Part shown: piece after piece, positions 1-13,500 of the stretch
Layout: each line of letters opens with the position of its first letter
Numbering within the stretch: the stretch's first letter is position 1
IMG/VR virus record: IMGVR_UViG_2648501802_000003
Length of the DNA: 47,423 bases
DNA from: a virus
Taxonomy: Duplodnaviria > Heunggongvirae > Uroviricota > Caudoviricetes
Strand: one strand, 5' to 3'
Notes under the pieces: model-generated
Told to the model about the DNA's origin: nothing
Databases searched by the model: none
Seen by the model: the letters and a program-made list of their open reading frames with translations, nothing else
Made by a program: the position numbers and the translations under genes

Positions 1-750
1 TCAGTCAATTGTTTTGTTTATTCCATCTGTGACGCCGATTATTTTCTCAAAATAATGAGATGGCGTGACACCATAATAATCTTTAAATGCACATATGAAA
101 TATGAAGTACTGTTATAGCCACATTTCTGGGCTACGACATTGATAGAATAAGAGTTTGAAGTTATGAGTTTTTTTGCATACCTCATCCTAGTATCTCTCA
201 ATATTTCAGTAAATGACGTTCCTTCATCCCTTAATCTTTTTTTTATTAAACTTTCACTCGTATAAATCAATTCCGCAATATCTTTTAAATGCCATTGCCG
301 CTCAATATTAAAACTGATTATTCCAGTAATTTTACAGGTAAATGTATTTATATTTGTTAGTATAAATGAATTTACACTTTCGCGTTTTTTGAACATGGCA
401 AGTAAGGATATACATAGTCTTTCTTTTAACCAAAGGGAGTGTGAGTCTGCTATTTTAATCCCTTCAAACAGAGAAAAAACAAGCGATAATGGAGGTTCCT
501 CTTCAGCAATATAGCCATTCTTATCAAGAGTAAATTTGCCAGGCAGCTCATTATTCACGTCGATAAAAAAGGATAAACATGTTTTCTTATCTATATCAAC
601 AATTCTTAGTTTAGAGGGGCATACTGGTAACTCCCTTCTAATTTTGTCGCTTACAATAAACAATGAATTTTTTTTGAACGAGATAACTCTCCTGTTTATA
701 ATTAAATCAAATGATTGACAGATGAAAACTACGGAGCAAACATAATCCAT
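1..750 (-). CDS. appY: AraC-family transcriptional regulator AppY
   Basis: 249-aa ORF from the track; sequence ([21 protein letters not shown]...) matches my recollection of E. coli AppY with a C-terminal AraC-type HTH; followed by a long AT-rich upstream region (751-1320). Confidence 0.85.
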
Positions 751-1425
751 CTTGCACCTATCATAAAATTAAAACAAGTTGATAGCAGTCAAATAACAAC
801 CAATTAAATACACAATCATAATCAGGATGATGTGCATTTATATTTTTATACACAAAATTATAGTTTGCAAATTTTAATAAATTTCATTTAAGATTAAATT
901 ATTATATGTATATTGTTTTTTATTCTAACGTATTTCAAAGTTACATTTTTCAACGCTTACTATACTTTTTATTAACATAAACTCACTACAACGCACCTGA
1001 AACCTCTTGCTATATATATGTCAACCGTTTGAATTTAAAATAAAAAGAGTATCATTTTTACTTGCATTTCTTATCAAGTCACATTCAACAACAGTAAAAA
1101 AACATTATTAGAACCATTCAATTAACAAAAAACCAACATCCAGCTTGCTTAATTTTTCTTTATTAAACGACATTGAAAATCAATTGATAAAATACATCTA
1201 AACAACCTTTTGGGGCGCAAAAGCATAACATCAAACAAACAAATAACACACCGAAAAAACTCACAATTAATAACCTATGATATACATACTGTTTATTATG
1301 GTTGAATAAGCCACTCGATATCTGGTGCTACGGAAGTGTCCACACGGTTTAGCAGCACCCGATACTTTTTCCAGGCTTCCAGCAACGAGTTTTCTTCCTC
1401 CGTTGCATATACAGCTCACCTTTTT

Positions 1426-1719
1426 TCACCCACGATTAACCAACAGCCAGACCAGCAGACACGCCACCACCGGCACAGCAAAATCCATCAGGCTTGCCAC
1501 ATCCCACGCGCGCGGATCAAAACCGCCCCACCACGGCATATTCATTCGCTTGCCATGCCCGAACATTTCGATCCAGCGATATTCTGCCTGGGTGTGTTCA
1601 CGCGCAATGAAGAACGTACAACCGGCTATCGCCCCGTAAGCCCAGTTTCCGGTAAAAAGACCAACCAGTACCTGCGCAGCCACAGCACAAAGTGCATGAA
1701 GGAAAGGTGTTATATCCAT
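1426..1719 (-). CDS. Hypothetical small membrane protein (about 3 predicted TM segments)
   Basis: 97-aa ORF with strong RBS (AAGGAGGA 5 nt upstream of ATG at 1719); hydrophobic stretches at N-terminus, middle and C-terminus; no family recognised. Confidence 0.5.
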   Translation of the reverse strand: MDITPFLHALCAVAAQVLVGLFTGNWAYGAIAGCTFFIAREHTQAEYRWIEMFGHGKRMNMPWWGGFDPRAWDVASLMDFAVPVVACLLVWLLVNRG

Positions 1720-1729
1720 TATTCCTCCT

Positions 1730-2413
1730 TTATCCGATATCGCTTCGGGAAGTTAATAACAACTTTAATTCTGACTCAAGTTCATCAACTCTTTCTGTCA
1801 GCTTCTGGATATGGTGAATCAGTGGAACAACCAGACGTTCGTACATTACACCTTCGGCAACAAGGCCATTGCTGGAAATAGCTTCAGGAGCATCATCTTC
1901 GTTAGCTGGTCGCCAGTGTACAAACTGAGGGGCAATTTCTCCTACTTCCTCGGCAATCAATCCGTAGAACCCCCAGTCACGCCTGTCATTTTCGCATTGC
2001 GACCTGTACCACACAGGGCGCATCCTGAAAATGACATCGGCGTGCTCTGAATCTATCGTCTCTACTGAATGTTTATAGCGGATAGACGATGTTGACCGCA
2101 GTACAGACGAAATTGCAGGGTCAGGATTAAGATAAAGGTTTGCCGCCGCAGTAGTCGTGCCCACCCCCCATAAATAAAACGCTTCGCGGCCAGTCAGCGG
2201 GTAAAAATCTCCACCATAATTACCGCTTTCGAGAGCATTCACTTCCAGTTTGTTTTTCAGCTTATTATCAACTTCAGTTTTTGTGTATCTGGAGCTGATA
2301 TCCTGCTTTGCACTGGTCATCTCAGTCTGAAGCGTTGATACTTTTCCGTTAATTGAGGAAATATCTCCCTTTAGCGTGGTGATGTCTCCCGGAATTACTG
2401 TTTTTGTAACCAT
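1730..2413 (-). CDS. Tail-fibre-like protein with C-terminal intramolecular chaperone (peptidase S74-like) domain
   Basis: 227-aa ORF; C-terminal half (SSIRYKHSVETID...DWGFYGLIAEEVGEIAPQFVH...LVAEGVMYERLVVPLIHHIQKLTERVDELESELKLL) has the pattern I associate with tail-fibre/tailspike auto-chaperone domains; RBS GGAG upstream of start. Confidence 0.55.
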   Translation of the reverse strand: MVTKTVIPGDITTLKGDISSINGKVSTLQTEMTSAKQDISSRYTKTEVDNKLKNKLEVNALESGNYGGDFYPLTGREAFYLWGVGTTTAAANLYLNPDPAISSVLRSTSSIRYKHSVETIDSEHADVIFRMRPVWYRSQCENDRRDWGFYGLIAEEVGEIAPQFVHWRPANEDDAPEAISSNGLVAEGVMYERLVVPLIHHIQKLTERVDELESELKLLLTSRSDIG

Positions 2414-2425
2414 TGTCTTACTCCA

Positions 2426-2695
2426 TTAAGCCCATGTCCTTACATGCTGATCTGTCGTAATGAAAGGCATTAAAGAAGATATGTTTTTACTGCCATCAAC
2501 AATCCTCATGTTTACGAAAAAACCACCGCGATCAATGCCTGTACATCTTTCGTTTTCTGGCTCCTCGTAATCGATAATGCAGCCAATAACATCAACAAGA
2601 ACCCCATTTTCTTCTTCAAGACTGAACAGGCCACTGTCATATACAATTGCGTTAAACTGTTCTCTGTTATCGAATCGTAATGTTATATCCCGCAT
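2426..2695 (-). CDS. Hypothetical protein translationally coupled to stf
   Basis: 89-aa ORF whose ATG overlaps the stf stop (TAATG); acidic; no family recognised. Confidence 0.45.
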   Translation of the reverse strand: MRDITLRFDNREQFNAIVYDSGLFSLEEENGVLVDVIGCIIDYEEPENERCTGIDRGGFFVNMRIVDGSKNISSLMPFITTDQHVRTWA

Positions 2696-5058
2696 TATAC
2701 GTATTCCTTAAGCTGCGTATCTGACAATGCTCTGTTCCAGAAACGGAGGTTTTTTATATGACCATTAAGGTGTCGTAATCCTGTCGTCGTTTGCCCCCCG
2801 ATACGAATCACGGCAGCTTCACGAATATATTTCCATACTGTTTTTGTTTCTGTGCTTATATGCTTATTTGCAAATGAGCATGTCATGCCGTCAGCCTTAA
2901 CCCTGAATCCCATAACGAGATCTCTTACTCCGCATGACTCATATACACGTCGGTTAGCCCCGCCTATATCGCAATACGAATAACCGTCCTGACTAATAGT
3001 TCCAGAAGAACCAAACCCCATAATAAATGGGCCCCCGGACTGGTGATTTTCTGAATCAATGACACGCGGTGCAGCATTATGAGAAATAAACCAGTTTTTA
3101 TGGACTTCCACCATGAACGTAAAAGGCATGGTATACATATTTTTCATCAGCGGAAATTTACATAAATCTGATGCACGAGTAGCTGGCTCTGTTGTCGTTA
3201 TGATAAAGGATGTTGCACAAGCACCATACTCAAATTGCGGGGTGGTTACTTCTATCCAGTCACCTGTTGCAAAAGACCCCACAGCTCTGTCGGCTGCAAT
3301 TTGCAACTGCGTACCAACCATTCCCCATTCTGGCAGACATTTCAGGGTTGCCTGAAAATATATCCATCCACTACCTGGATCGATTTCAAAGTTTGCTGTT
3401 AATAGCTGGGCATTACCACCCGTAATTTGTAGTTCATGGGTCTGTAATGACAAATAGGCGTCACAAAGGAAAGTGTATCCTTCCGAGTTATACCGTTCAA
3501 AACGGATACGTGCGCGAACATTGAGATCACTTCTTACCCTGAACGACGCGGTAACATACGGACCTTTACTGTACTGATCATCGCCAGTCACATCTATGCC
3601 TTTATTACCAGCAACTGTGCATATATTTCTCCCTGTTGTCGTTCCTGCTATGTCGCTTCCTACTGTGAAACGTCCATATTTAAACTCAAATTCATCTGTT
3701 GATGATGTTACAGATATACCACCGCTTTTATTCCAGGCATCAGGATTAAAACTATTTACGAACATGTTTGTTCGCTGATTCTCTATCAGCAAACCATATT
3801 TTTCAAAACGAGGAACGTTATTCCCTGCCACGGTAATATGCCCGGACTTATCAATATACGTTGCAGATGAAGCCCGGCTAAATTGGCATATGCCATTAAC
3901 AGGCATTGTTATTTCATCACTGCCGATGGTTATTGTTTTATAGCCCGGGGCATACCCTGTTATCGCTTCCAGAGAATCATTCAAGGGTAGCCAGATATCA
4001 GGAAGCGGAGGGACAGAAGCAGGATCAGCGGCATCTTCTGCAATCCGGGCTGCATTCTCTGCTCTTGTTGCGGCTGACGTTGCTTCTGTCTCGCTAGCTG
4101 CTGCTTTTGTTTCACTCGTCTTTGCGTTAGTTTCACTGGCTTTTGCAGCTTTTTGGCTATTAGCTGCCGCTGTTGCAGAACCAGCTGCAGCACTCTCGCT
4201 TTCGGCTGCTGCATCCTGACTGCTTTTCGCTGCAGTTTCGCTGGCTTTGGCATTCGTTTCGCTGGTCTTCGCTGCCGTCTGGCTGGACTTTGCGTTAGTT
4301 TCACTCGTCTTCGCTGCTTTCTGACTGTTAGCCGCAGCAGTTGCTGATCCGGCTGCTGAAGTCGCAGAACCGGCCGCCGCGCTCTCGCTTTCAGCTGCTG
4401 CAGCCTGGCTGTTTTTCGCCGCAGTTTCACTGGCTTTGGCATTCGTTTCGCTGGTTTTCGCTGCCGTCTGGCTGGACTTTGCGTTGGTTTCGCTCGTCTT
4501 TGCGGCTGTCTCGCTGTTTTTCGCGTTGGTTTCTGATTTTTTGGCTGCTGTCGCGGAGTTTGCCGATGCAGTCTGTGAGGTCGCTGCCGCCTGTGCGCTG
4601 TTAGCTGCATTCGTTTCTGAGGTTTTCGCCGCGTTCTTCGATGATGCCGCTGCAGTTTCGGATTTCTTTGCCACCGCTGCGCTCTGAGAGGCGGCTTCGG
4701 CGTTGCGTGCCGCTTCTTCCACCATTGCCTCAAAACGACGCAATGCCTCTGGCATGACATCATCTTCCGTCATGGCACCGAGAAAATCATTCAGCGTACC
4801 TGGTCTGGAACCTTCATAGACGGTAATGGTTCCGGCATGTGAAGGCGGAAAACCTTCAACCAGCAGGGTGACGCTGTACTGGCCATACTCAACATCCATG
4901 CTGTAACGCCCGGCTTCATCCGGATTTTCAGAGGCCACCGTGTTCACCAGTACCGTGGTGCTGTTACGCTTTGCCTTCAGTTGAATAGTGCAGTTCTGTA
5001 TTGGTTTTCCCGCACCATCTTTCAGCACACCTGAGATTTTTACTGCTGCCATATCCAC
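2695..5058 (-). CDS. stf: Side tail fibre protein Stf-like with divergent C-terminal domain
   Basis: 787-aa ORF; N-terminal ~120 aa (AVKISGVLKDGAGKPIQNCTIQLKAKRNSTTV...) resembles lambda Stf as I recall it; central Ala/Ser/Thr-rich repeats; C-terminal ~450 aa unlike lambda Stf. Confidence 0.8.
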   Translation of the reverse strand: MDMAAVKISGVLKDGAGKPIQNCTIQLKAKRNSTTVLVNTVASENPDEAGRYSMDVEYGQYSVTLLVEGFPPSHAGTITVYEGSRPGTLNDFLGAMTEDDVMPEALRRFEAMVEEAARNAEAASQSAAVAKKSETAAASSKNAAKTSETNAANSAQAAATSQTASANSATAAKKSETNAKNSETAAKTSETNAKSSQTAAKTSETNAKASETAAKNSQAAAAESESAAAGSATSAAGSATAAANSQKAAKTSETNAKSSQTAAKTSETNAKASETAAKSSQDAAAESESAAAGSATAAANSQKAAKASETNAKTSETKAAASETEATSAATRAENAARIAEDAADPASVPPLPDIWLPLNDSLEAITGYAPGYKTITIGSDEITMPVNGICQFSRASSATYIDKSGHITVAGNNVPRFEKYGLLIENQRTNMFVNSFNPDAWNKSGGISVTSSTDEFEFKYGRFTVGSDIAGTTTGRNICTVAGNKGIDVTGDDQYSKGPYVTASFRVRSDLNVRARIRFERYNSEGYTFLCDAYLSLQTHELQITGGNAQLLTANFEIDPGSGWIYFQATLKCLPEWGMVGTQLQIAADRAVGSFATGDWIEVTTPQFEYGACATSFIITTTEPATRASDLCKFPLMKNMYTMPFTFMVEVHKNWFISHNAAPRVIDSENHQSGGPFIMGFGSSGTISQDGYSYCDIGGANRRVYESCGVRDLVMGFRVKADGMTCSFANKHISTETKTVWKYIREAAVIRIGGQTTTGLRHLNGHIKNLRFWNRALSDTQLKEYV
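4100..4640 (-). repeat. In-frame tandem repeats inside stf encoding Ala/Ser/Thr-rich shaft (KTSETNAK...AAAESESAAAGSAT unit, two long copies plus shorter units)
   Basis: Protein segment KTSETNAKSSQTAAKTSETNAKASETAAK(N/S)SQ...ESESAAAGSAT occurs twice; many antisense and off-frame ORFs in the track across this DNA reflect the repetition. Confidence 0.55.
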
Positions 5059-5116
5059 TCCACAAAAAAGCCCGCCTGAACCGGCGGGCTGTCATAACAC
5101 TGTGTTACCTGGCTAA

Positions 5117-5716
5117 TCAGAATTTATAACCGACACCCACGATGAAACCGTCAGTGCGCCAGTCGCCACTGCCGGAGCCTTCATAAGCAATATCAATGGC
5201 CACGGATTCGGTCGGGTTAAACTGCACGCCAGCTCCCCACGCCAGAGACGTGTTGCTGTGGCGATCGTCATCACTTCCGGTCAGCACATCGTGCGTTTTC
5301 CCCTTGTTGTCAGTTACGCGGAGATAATCCCCGGAGAACGTCGAAACACGGCTGTAAGCCACACCTGCCATCGCATAAGCACTGAACCATTCATTCACGC
5401 GTACAGATGGCCCCGCCATCATGCTGAACCAGCGGTTACGCACTGAATCTTCATGCCAGCGGGTATCGCTGTAATGCGTTTTTTGCTCATCTTTGGCATT
5501 GGCATAACTGAATGACGTCACCAGCCCCAGCGTGTCCGTAAATTCATAACGGTATTTCACGTTAATGCCCTTCAGGTCATCACTGCCTGGCATATCAGTA
5601 TGGGTCTGAAGATACCCGGCGCTTAGTGTGGACTGATGCTCTGCTGCGCTCGCTGGCGTACCAGCGGCAACCAGCCAGACTACTGCGGACAGAATAACAG
5701 CACATAATTTACGCAT
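5117..5716 (-). CDS. lom: Lom/Ail-family outer membrane protein
   Basis: 199-aa ORF with signal peptide and C-terminus ...IAYEGSGSGDWRTDGFIVGVGYKF matching recalled lambda Lom; position immediately distal to J as in lambda. Confidence 0.8.
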   Translation of the reverse strand: MRKLCAVILSAVVWLVAAGTPASAAEHQSTLSAGYLQTHTDMPGSDDLKGINVKYRYEFTDTLGLVTSFSYANAKDEQKTHYSDTRWHEDSVRNRWFSMMAGPSVRVNEWFSAYAMAGVAYSRVSTFSGDYLRVTDNKGKTHDVLTGSDDDRHSNTSLAWGAGVQFNPTESVAIDIAYEGSGSGDWRTDGFIVGVGYKF

Positions 5717-6358
5717 AATTACCTCTCGCTTTTCTGCAATAAAAAAGGCGTCATTTCTGACGCCCGTATTGGGGTTATAAAATTCAGCTGATACTGATGC
5801 CTGCGGTGGCTTTCTTCATCACCACAACCAGCAAATCGCTGATACTTGCTGTGGGATACCCGCCATTTACCAGCCATGCCGATACAGAAAATTCCAGTGT
5901 CATGACACCACTGCCTGCAGGCATATCAATAACACCCGTATATATCAGCGTATTATCCAGAGCCGTTCGGTTATAAATTTCAGCACCGTTTTTTCGTACT
6001 ATCAGACGGCATGAGGAGTAGATATCAGTATGATCTTGCTCATGTTTAGCGCCACTGAATGCCACCGCCGGGATAACAATTTGCCGGTCAAACGGCTGAT
6101 CGTCATAAACCCTGACGGTAATGGTTCCTGATGGCCACCGCTCCGGTGCACGGGAGTCCCGGGGGAAAGCTTTGCCCACTGTTTTAACGAGATCGCCTTC
6201 AATCTGGTTCGCGGACAGTTTTCCCAGAACCCGGCAGTTCTCGTTAATCGTGACGTTGTTGAGCGTCCCGGAGTTCGCATTCACGTTACCGCTGATATCG
6301 GCATTTTTCGCCGTCAGCCGCCCGTCCGGTGTCAGGGAAAATGCCGGAGGATTACCGC

Positions 6359-9221
6359 CGCTGGTAATGGTGGGAGCCGTCAGATATTTCAGGAACACTT
6401 CGTTCATGAATATCTGATCGCCCTGACCAACAAACATCGGCTTTGTGTTGCCATTCGCAGGATTAACCATCGCAATCCTGTCCGCCGCCAGCAGCACCTG
6501 ACTCTGCATGCCGTCAGGGGTGTTCTCAATACCGGCACCAATACCCGCGATATAAAGGCGTCCGTCCTGCATCTGCTGCAGCTTCACAGCCCACATGCTG
6601 TTCAGGTTATTATTTGTATCAACCTGAACCTTCTGTATCTGCTGGATCGCCGCACTCTGGTCTTCCAGTTTCTTATTGACAGTCTGCGTGATTTCATTGC
6701 TGACATCCGTAATGGACGTCCTGATTTCAGCCAGGTCAGGCGCAAGCTGACCGTTATCAATCTGCGTCCACAGCTCCTGAGCCAGATGTGTTTTCCCTAT
6801 CTCTCCTTTGAAAAAATCCAGGTAACCTTCCGCATCATCGCTCGCCCGACCGATAGCCTCCACGAATGCCGATTTGCCAACAGTATTCACACTGCGGATA
6901 TAAAAGTAATAATCATGGCCCGGTTTGATATTGATACTGGCAGCTATCCAGTACAGCGCCGTGCCAAGATAGCGGGCTGTGGTTTCAACCTGCCTGATAT
7001 CCGCAATCCGCTTTTCCGAGAACCAGAACTCAAACTGTACCGTCGGATCATAAACGGCAAGATGCGGCGTGGCGGTTATCTGAAAATAGCCCGGCGTCAG
7101 CTCAATCCGCGACGGCGCTGCCGGTGCGGCAATCCGGAACGATACCGACGCCGGATCGCCCTGCTGCCCCCACGCATTTACTGCCCGGACTGTCAGCCTG
7201 TAGTTCCCCAGCGCCAGTTGTGTGAAGCGGTAAGTGGTTTCCGTCGTCCGGGCCGTGCTGACCAGCCGCTCACTGCCGTCATCCGCTGCCACGGTCAGGC
7301 GAAGCAGGAAGCTCACGCCCTTCACCACCTTCGGCGTATCCCAGCGCGCCAGCACCTGGTATTCCCCGCTGTCTGCGGTGACTTCGGCAGTCAGGTGCTG
7401 CACTGCTGGCGGCGTGACACCATTCACCGTGCCGCTCTGGTCACCGTCAAAGTGCGCCCCGTTATCCACGATGGCTTCTTTCTCCGGTACATGCTGCACG
7501 GCAGTGATGGCATACGTACCGTCATCGTTCTCACGGATACTCACGCAGCGGAACAGGCGCTGGCGCAGCGTCGGCAGCTTCAGCCCCCACACGCTGTATT
7601 CAGCAACACCGTCAGGAACACGGCTCACTTTTACCTTCACGCCGTCGGTGACGGACTGAACCTCCACGCTGACCGGATTGCCACTTCCGTCAACCAGGCT
7701 TATCAGCGTGGTACCGGAGGATGGCAGCGTGATTTCACGGTCGAGCGTCAGCGTCCGGGTCTGGCTGTTCACCGCCAGCACGCGACCACCGGTGCTGATA
7801 CCGACATAGTCATCATCGCAGATTTCAATGACATCGCCCGGTACATGGCGAAGCCCTTCAGCACCCACGCTGAAATCCACGGTCTGCGTCTCCAGCAGTT
7901 CCGTTTTAATCAGCCACAGCCCGGCGCGGTGTGCCTGCCCCCGGCTGGTACAGCCAAAGGCATCCATCTTCGTGACATTACGACCGTAACGGGCAATGGC
8001 CTGCGTATCTTCAACAAGCTCTGTCGCCGTCTCCCAGCCGTTGTCCGGGTCAATCCAGTTCACCTCAACGGCATTATGGCGGTCCTTCAGGGCGCTGAAG
8101 CTGTAGCGGAACGGCGCGCCATCATCCGGCATCACCACATTACTGCGGTTATAGGTCCACGCCTTATCCGACGGTCGGTCCTGCACGAACGTCAGCGTCT
8201 GCCCGTTCCATACCGGCATACAGCGCATCGCCGAGCAGAAATCACTGAGCACATCCCACGCCTTGCGCTGTGTGGTCAGGTACGCATTACAGGTGATGCG
8301 CGGCTCCGTGCCGCCAAAGCCGTCCGGCACTGACTGGTCGCAGTACTGGCCGATGACATACAGCGCCCATTTGTCCACATCCGCCGCACCAAGACGTTTC
8401 CCCATGCCGTAGCGCGGATGGGTCAGCATATCCCACAGACACCAGGCCATGTTGTTGCTGTATGCTGGCTTAAACGTTCCGTCCCAGATACCGCTGTATT
8501 GTCGAGTCTGCGGGTTATAGTTCGACGGCACCTGCAGAATACGCCCGCGCAGATGATAATTACGGCTCACCTGCTGGCTGCCGAACTGCTCCGAAATCCA
8601 CCTGTACGCCGACCAGTGCCGTGTTCGGGTAGCACTGTTTCACATCGATGATTTCGGTGTATGACGACCAGAGCGTTTTGTTCTGCAGCTGGTCTGGTGT
8701 GCTGTCCGGCGTCATCCTGCGCATCCGGATATTGAACGGGCGCGGCGGCAGGTTATCCACCACCACCGAGGCCAGATACTGCGAGGTGGTTTTGCCCTTA
8801 ATGGTGATGTCTTTTTCCGTCACCCAGCCACCATTACGCTGTATCTGAACCAGCAGGCGGACTTCCGACGGATTCCGGTCCCCCTTTGAGGTGGTTTCCA
8901 CCAGTGCCTGTACACCGAAGGTAAAGCGCAGACGGTCGATGTTTGCCGACGTGATGGTCCGGGTGATCGGCGTGTCATATTTCACTTCCGTACCCAGCAC
9001 CGTCTCGGAGCCGGAGGATTCAAATCCCTCCGGCGGTGACTGCTCCTGCTCACCGGTCCGGAACACCACCGTGACGCCGGAGATATTGGTATTCCCCTCA
9101 CTGTCCAGCACCGGCGTACTGTTCAGCAGCACGCTTTTTAATCCGTCCACCGGACCTTCAACCGGCCCTTCGCTGATGGCATCGATCACACTCAGCAGCT
9201 GCGTGGACTTCAGGTTGTCCT
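6359..9221. repeat. Tandem direct repeat copy 1 within J (one frameshift near 8593)
   Basis: Near-identical to 9222-12078; e.g. plus-frame ORFs 8891..9280 and 8648..8848 translate the same as 11748..12137 and 11505..11705. Confidence 0.8.
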
Positions 9222-12078
<2,857 letters not shown>

Positions 12079-12181
12079 TCGCTTCGCGCGGGGTATGCCC
12101 CTTACTGCTGCCTTTACCCATTCCTCACGCTCCATAAACGACAAAACCGCCCGCAGGCGGTTTCACATAAAACATTTTGCA

Positions 12182-12854
12182 TCAGCGACCAATCACCACA
12201 ACCTGACCACCATCCCCTTCGTCTGCCGTGCTGATCTCCTGAGAAACCACGCGTGACCCCACGCGCATTTCACCGTACAGAACAGGCAGAACATTGCCCT
12301 GGGCAACCATGTTATCCAGTGAGGAGAAATAGGTGTTCTGTTTGCCGTTATCCGTTGTCTGTGTACGGGGAGTTTCTGGCTTTCGGTGCCAGCATCTGCG
12401 CCACACCACCGAGCACCATACTGGCACCGAGAGAAAACAGGATGCCGGTCATACCACCGGCCCCAATGGCTGCCCCCCATGCTGCAAGGGTGGCTCCGGC
12501 AGTAAAGAATGATCCGGCAATGGCGGCTGCTCCCAGGACAATCTGGAATACGCCACCTGACTTGGCCCCGGCGACTCTGGGAACAATATGAATCACAGCG
12601 CCATCAGGCAGAGTCTCATGTAACTGCGCCGTTAACCCGGACGTGCTGACGTCCCGCCCGGCAATCCGTACCTGATACCAGCCGTCGCTCAGTTTCTGAC
12701 GAAACGCCGGGAGCTGTGTGGCCAGTGCGCGGATGGCTTCAGCCCCCGTTTTCACACGAAGGTCGATGCGGCGGCCAAATCGTTGCAAATCCCCGTAAAG
12801 GCAGATGCGCGCCATGCCCGGTGACGCCAGAGGGAGTGTGTGCGTCGCTGCCAT
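12182..12854 (-). pseudogene. I: Tail assembly protein I, frameshifted
   Basis: ORF 12348..12854 matches recalled lambda I N-terminus and stops at ...APKARNSPYTDNG; the I C-terminus (TQTTDNGKQNTYFSSLDNMVAQGNVLPVLYGEMRVGSRVVSQEISTADEGDGGQVVVIGR) continues in another frame (ORF 12182..12427); extra T in a T-run near 12372-12374. Confidence 0.7.
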
Positions 12855-13495
12855 TTGTCGGTATACCTCTCTCGTTTGCTCAGTTGTTCAGGAATATGGT
12901 GCAGCAGCTCGCCATCACCACAGTAAATGGCGGCATGATTCGGCACCGATGAACCAAAACAGCACAGCAGCACATCGTCCGGTTGTGCTGATGACAACGG
13001 CACCTGATACAGCCCTGTGGCCTCCAGATTATCCAGATAGAGATTCTGACCGTGACGCCACCAGTCATCCCCGCGATGAAAATCCGGCATCTCAATCCCC
13101 GCCAGATGATAAGCATCCCGGAACAGCGTGTAACAGTCCGTCACCCCGTGCTCAAAGCGCCGTCCGGTGAGATGCGGCACACAGCGGAACTTATGAATCG
13201 CCCCCCGGCAGACCAGCCACCACGGCAAATCACTCTGCACCTGCAGCCGCCGGTCAGTCTCACTCAGCCAGGGCAGACCACCGGGGTGGCTGTGGACCAG
13301 CGCCACAATCTCACCCTGCATTTCTGCCTGCAGCCAGTCCTCCGGCGACATCCGGAAATACGCCTCCGGCTCACCGGAGATATTCACGCAGGGGAAATAT
13401 CTTTCCCCCTCCGGCGTGCTTACCACGAAGCCGCACGACTCCGCTGGCGCACATCGCCGGGCGTGCGCCAGAATCGCTGATTCTGTCTGTGTCAT
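12752..13495 (-). CDS. K: Tail assembly protein K
   Basis: 247-aa ORF, MTQTESAILAHARRCAPAESCGFVV... matches recalled lambda K; lambda gene order. Confidence 0.85.
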   Translation of the reverse strand: MTQTESAILAHARRCAPAESCGFVVSTPEGERYFPCVNISGEPEAYFRMSPEDWLQAEMQGEIVALVHSHPGGLPWLSETDRRLQVQSDLPWWLVCRGAIHKFRCVPHLTGRRFEHGVTDCYTLFRDAYHLAGIEMPDFHRGDDWWRHGQNLYLDNLEATGLYQVPLSSAQPDDVLLCCFGSSVPNHAAIYCGDGELLHHIPEQLSKRERYTDKWQRRTHSLWRHRAWRASAFTGICNDLAAASTFV

Positions 13496-13500
13496 GGGAT

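Noticed and set aside
536-718. 60-aa plus-strand ORF inside appY
   Set aside because: Antisense to the well-supported appY coding frame.
751-1425. Search for a tRNA gene or tRNA-derived att core at the prophage edge
   Set aside because: No cloverleaf-like sequence or tRNA 3'-end match that I could recognise by eye; the region is AT-rich promoter-like DNA upstream of appY. The boundary is left approximate.
1325-1881. Plus-strand ORFs 1325..1639 and 1336..1881
   Set aside because: Overlap the minus-strand 97-aa gene, which has a strong RBS, and the start of the fibre-like gene; no RBS of their own.
3981-4763. 260-aa Arg/Gln-rich ORF on the minus strand, and several plus-strand ORFs (4153..4347, 4341..4604, 4436..4687)
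   Set aside because: Off-frame or antisense translations of the repetitive Ala/Ser/Thr-coding shaft region of stf; low complexity, overlapping the real gene.
6786-8333. 515-aa plus-strand ORF (and 7234..7659, 9776..10518, 10790..11191 and similar)
   Set aside because: Antisense to the J coding region, Arg/Pro-rich low-complexity translation, no RBS; typical spurious ORFs on the non-coding strand of GC-rich genes.
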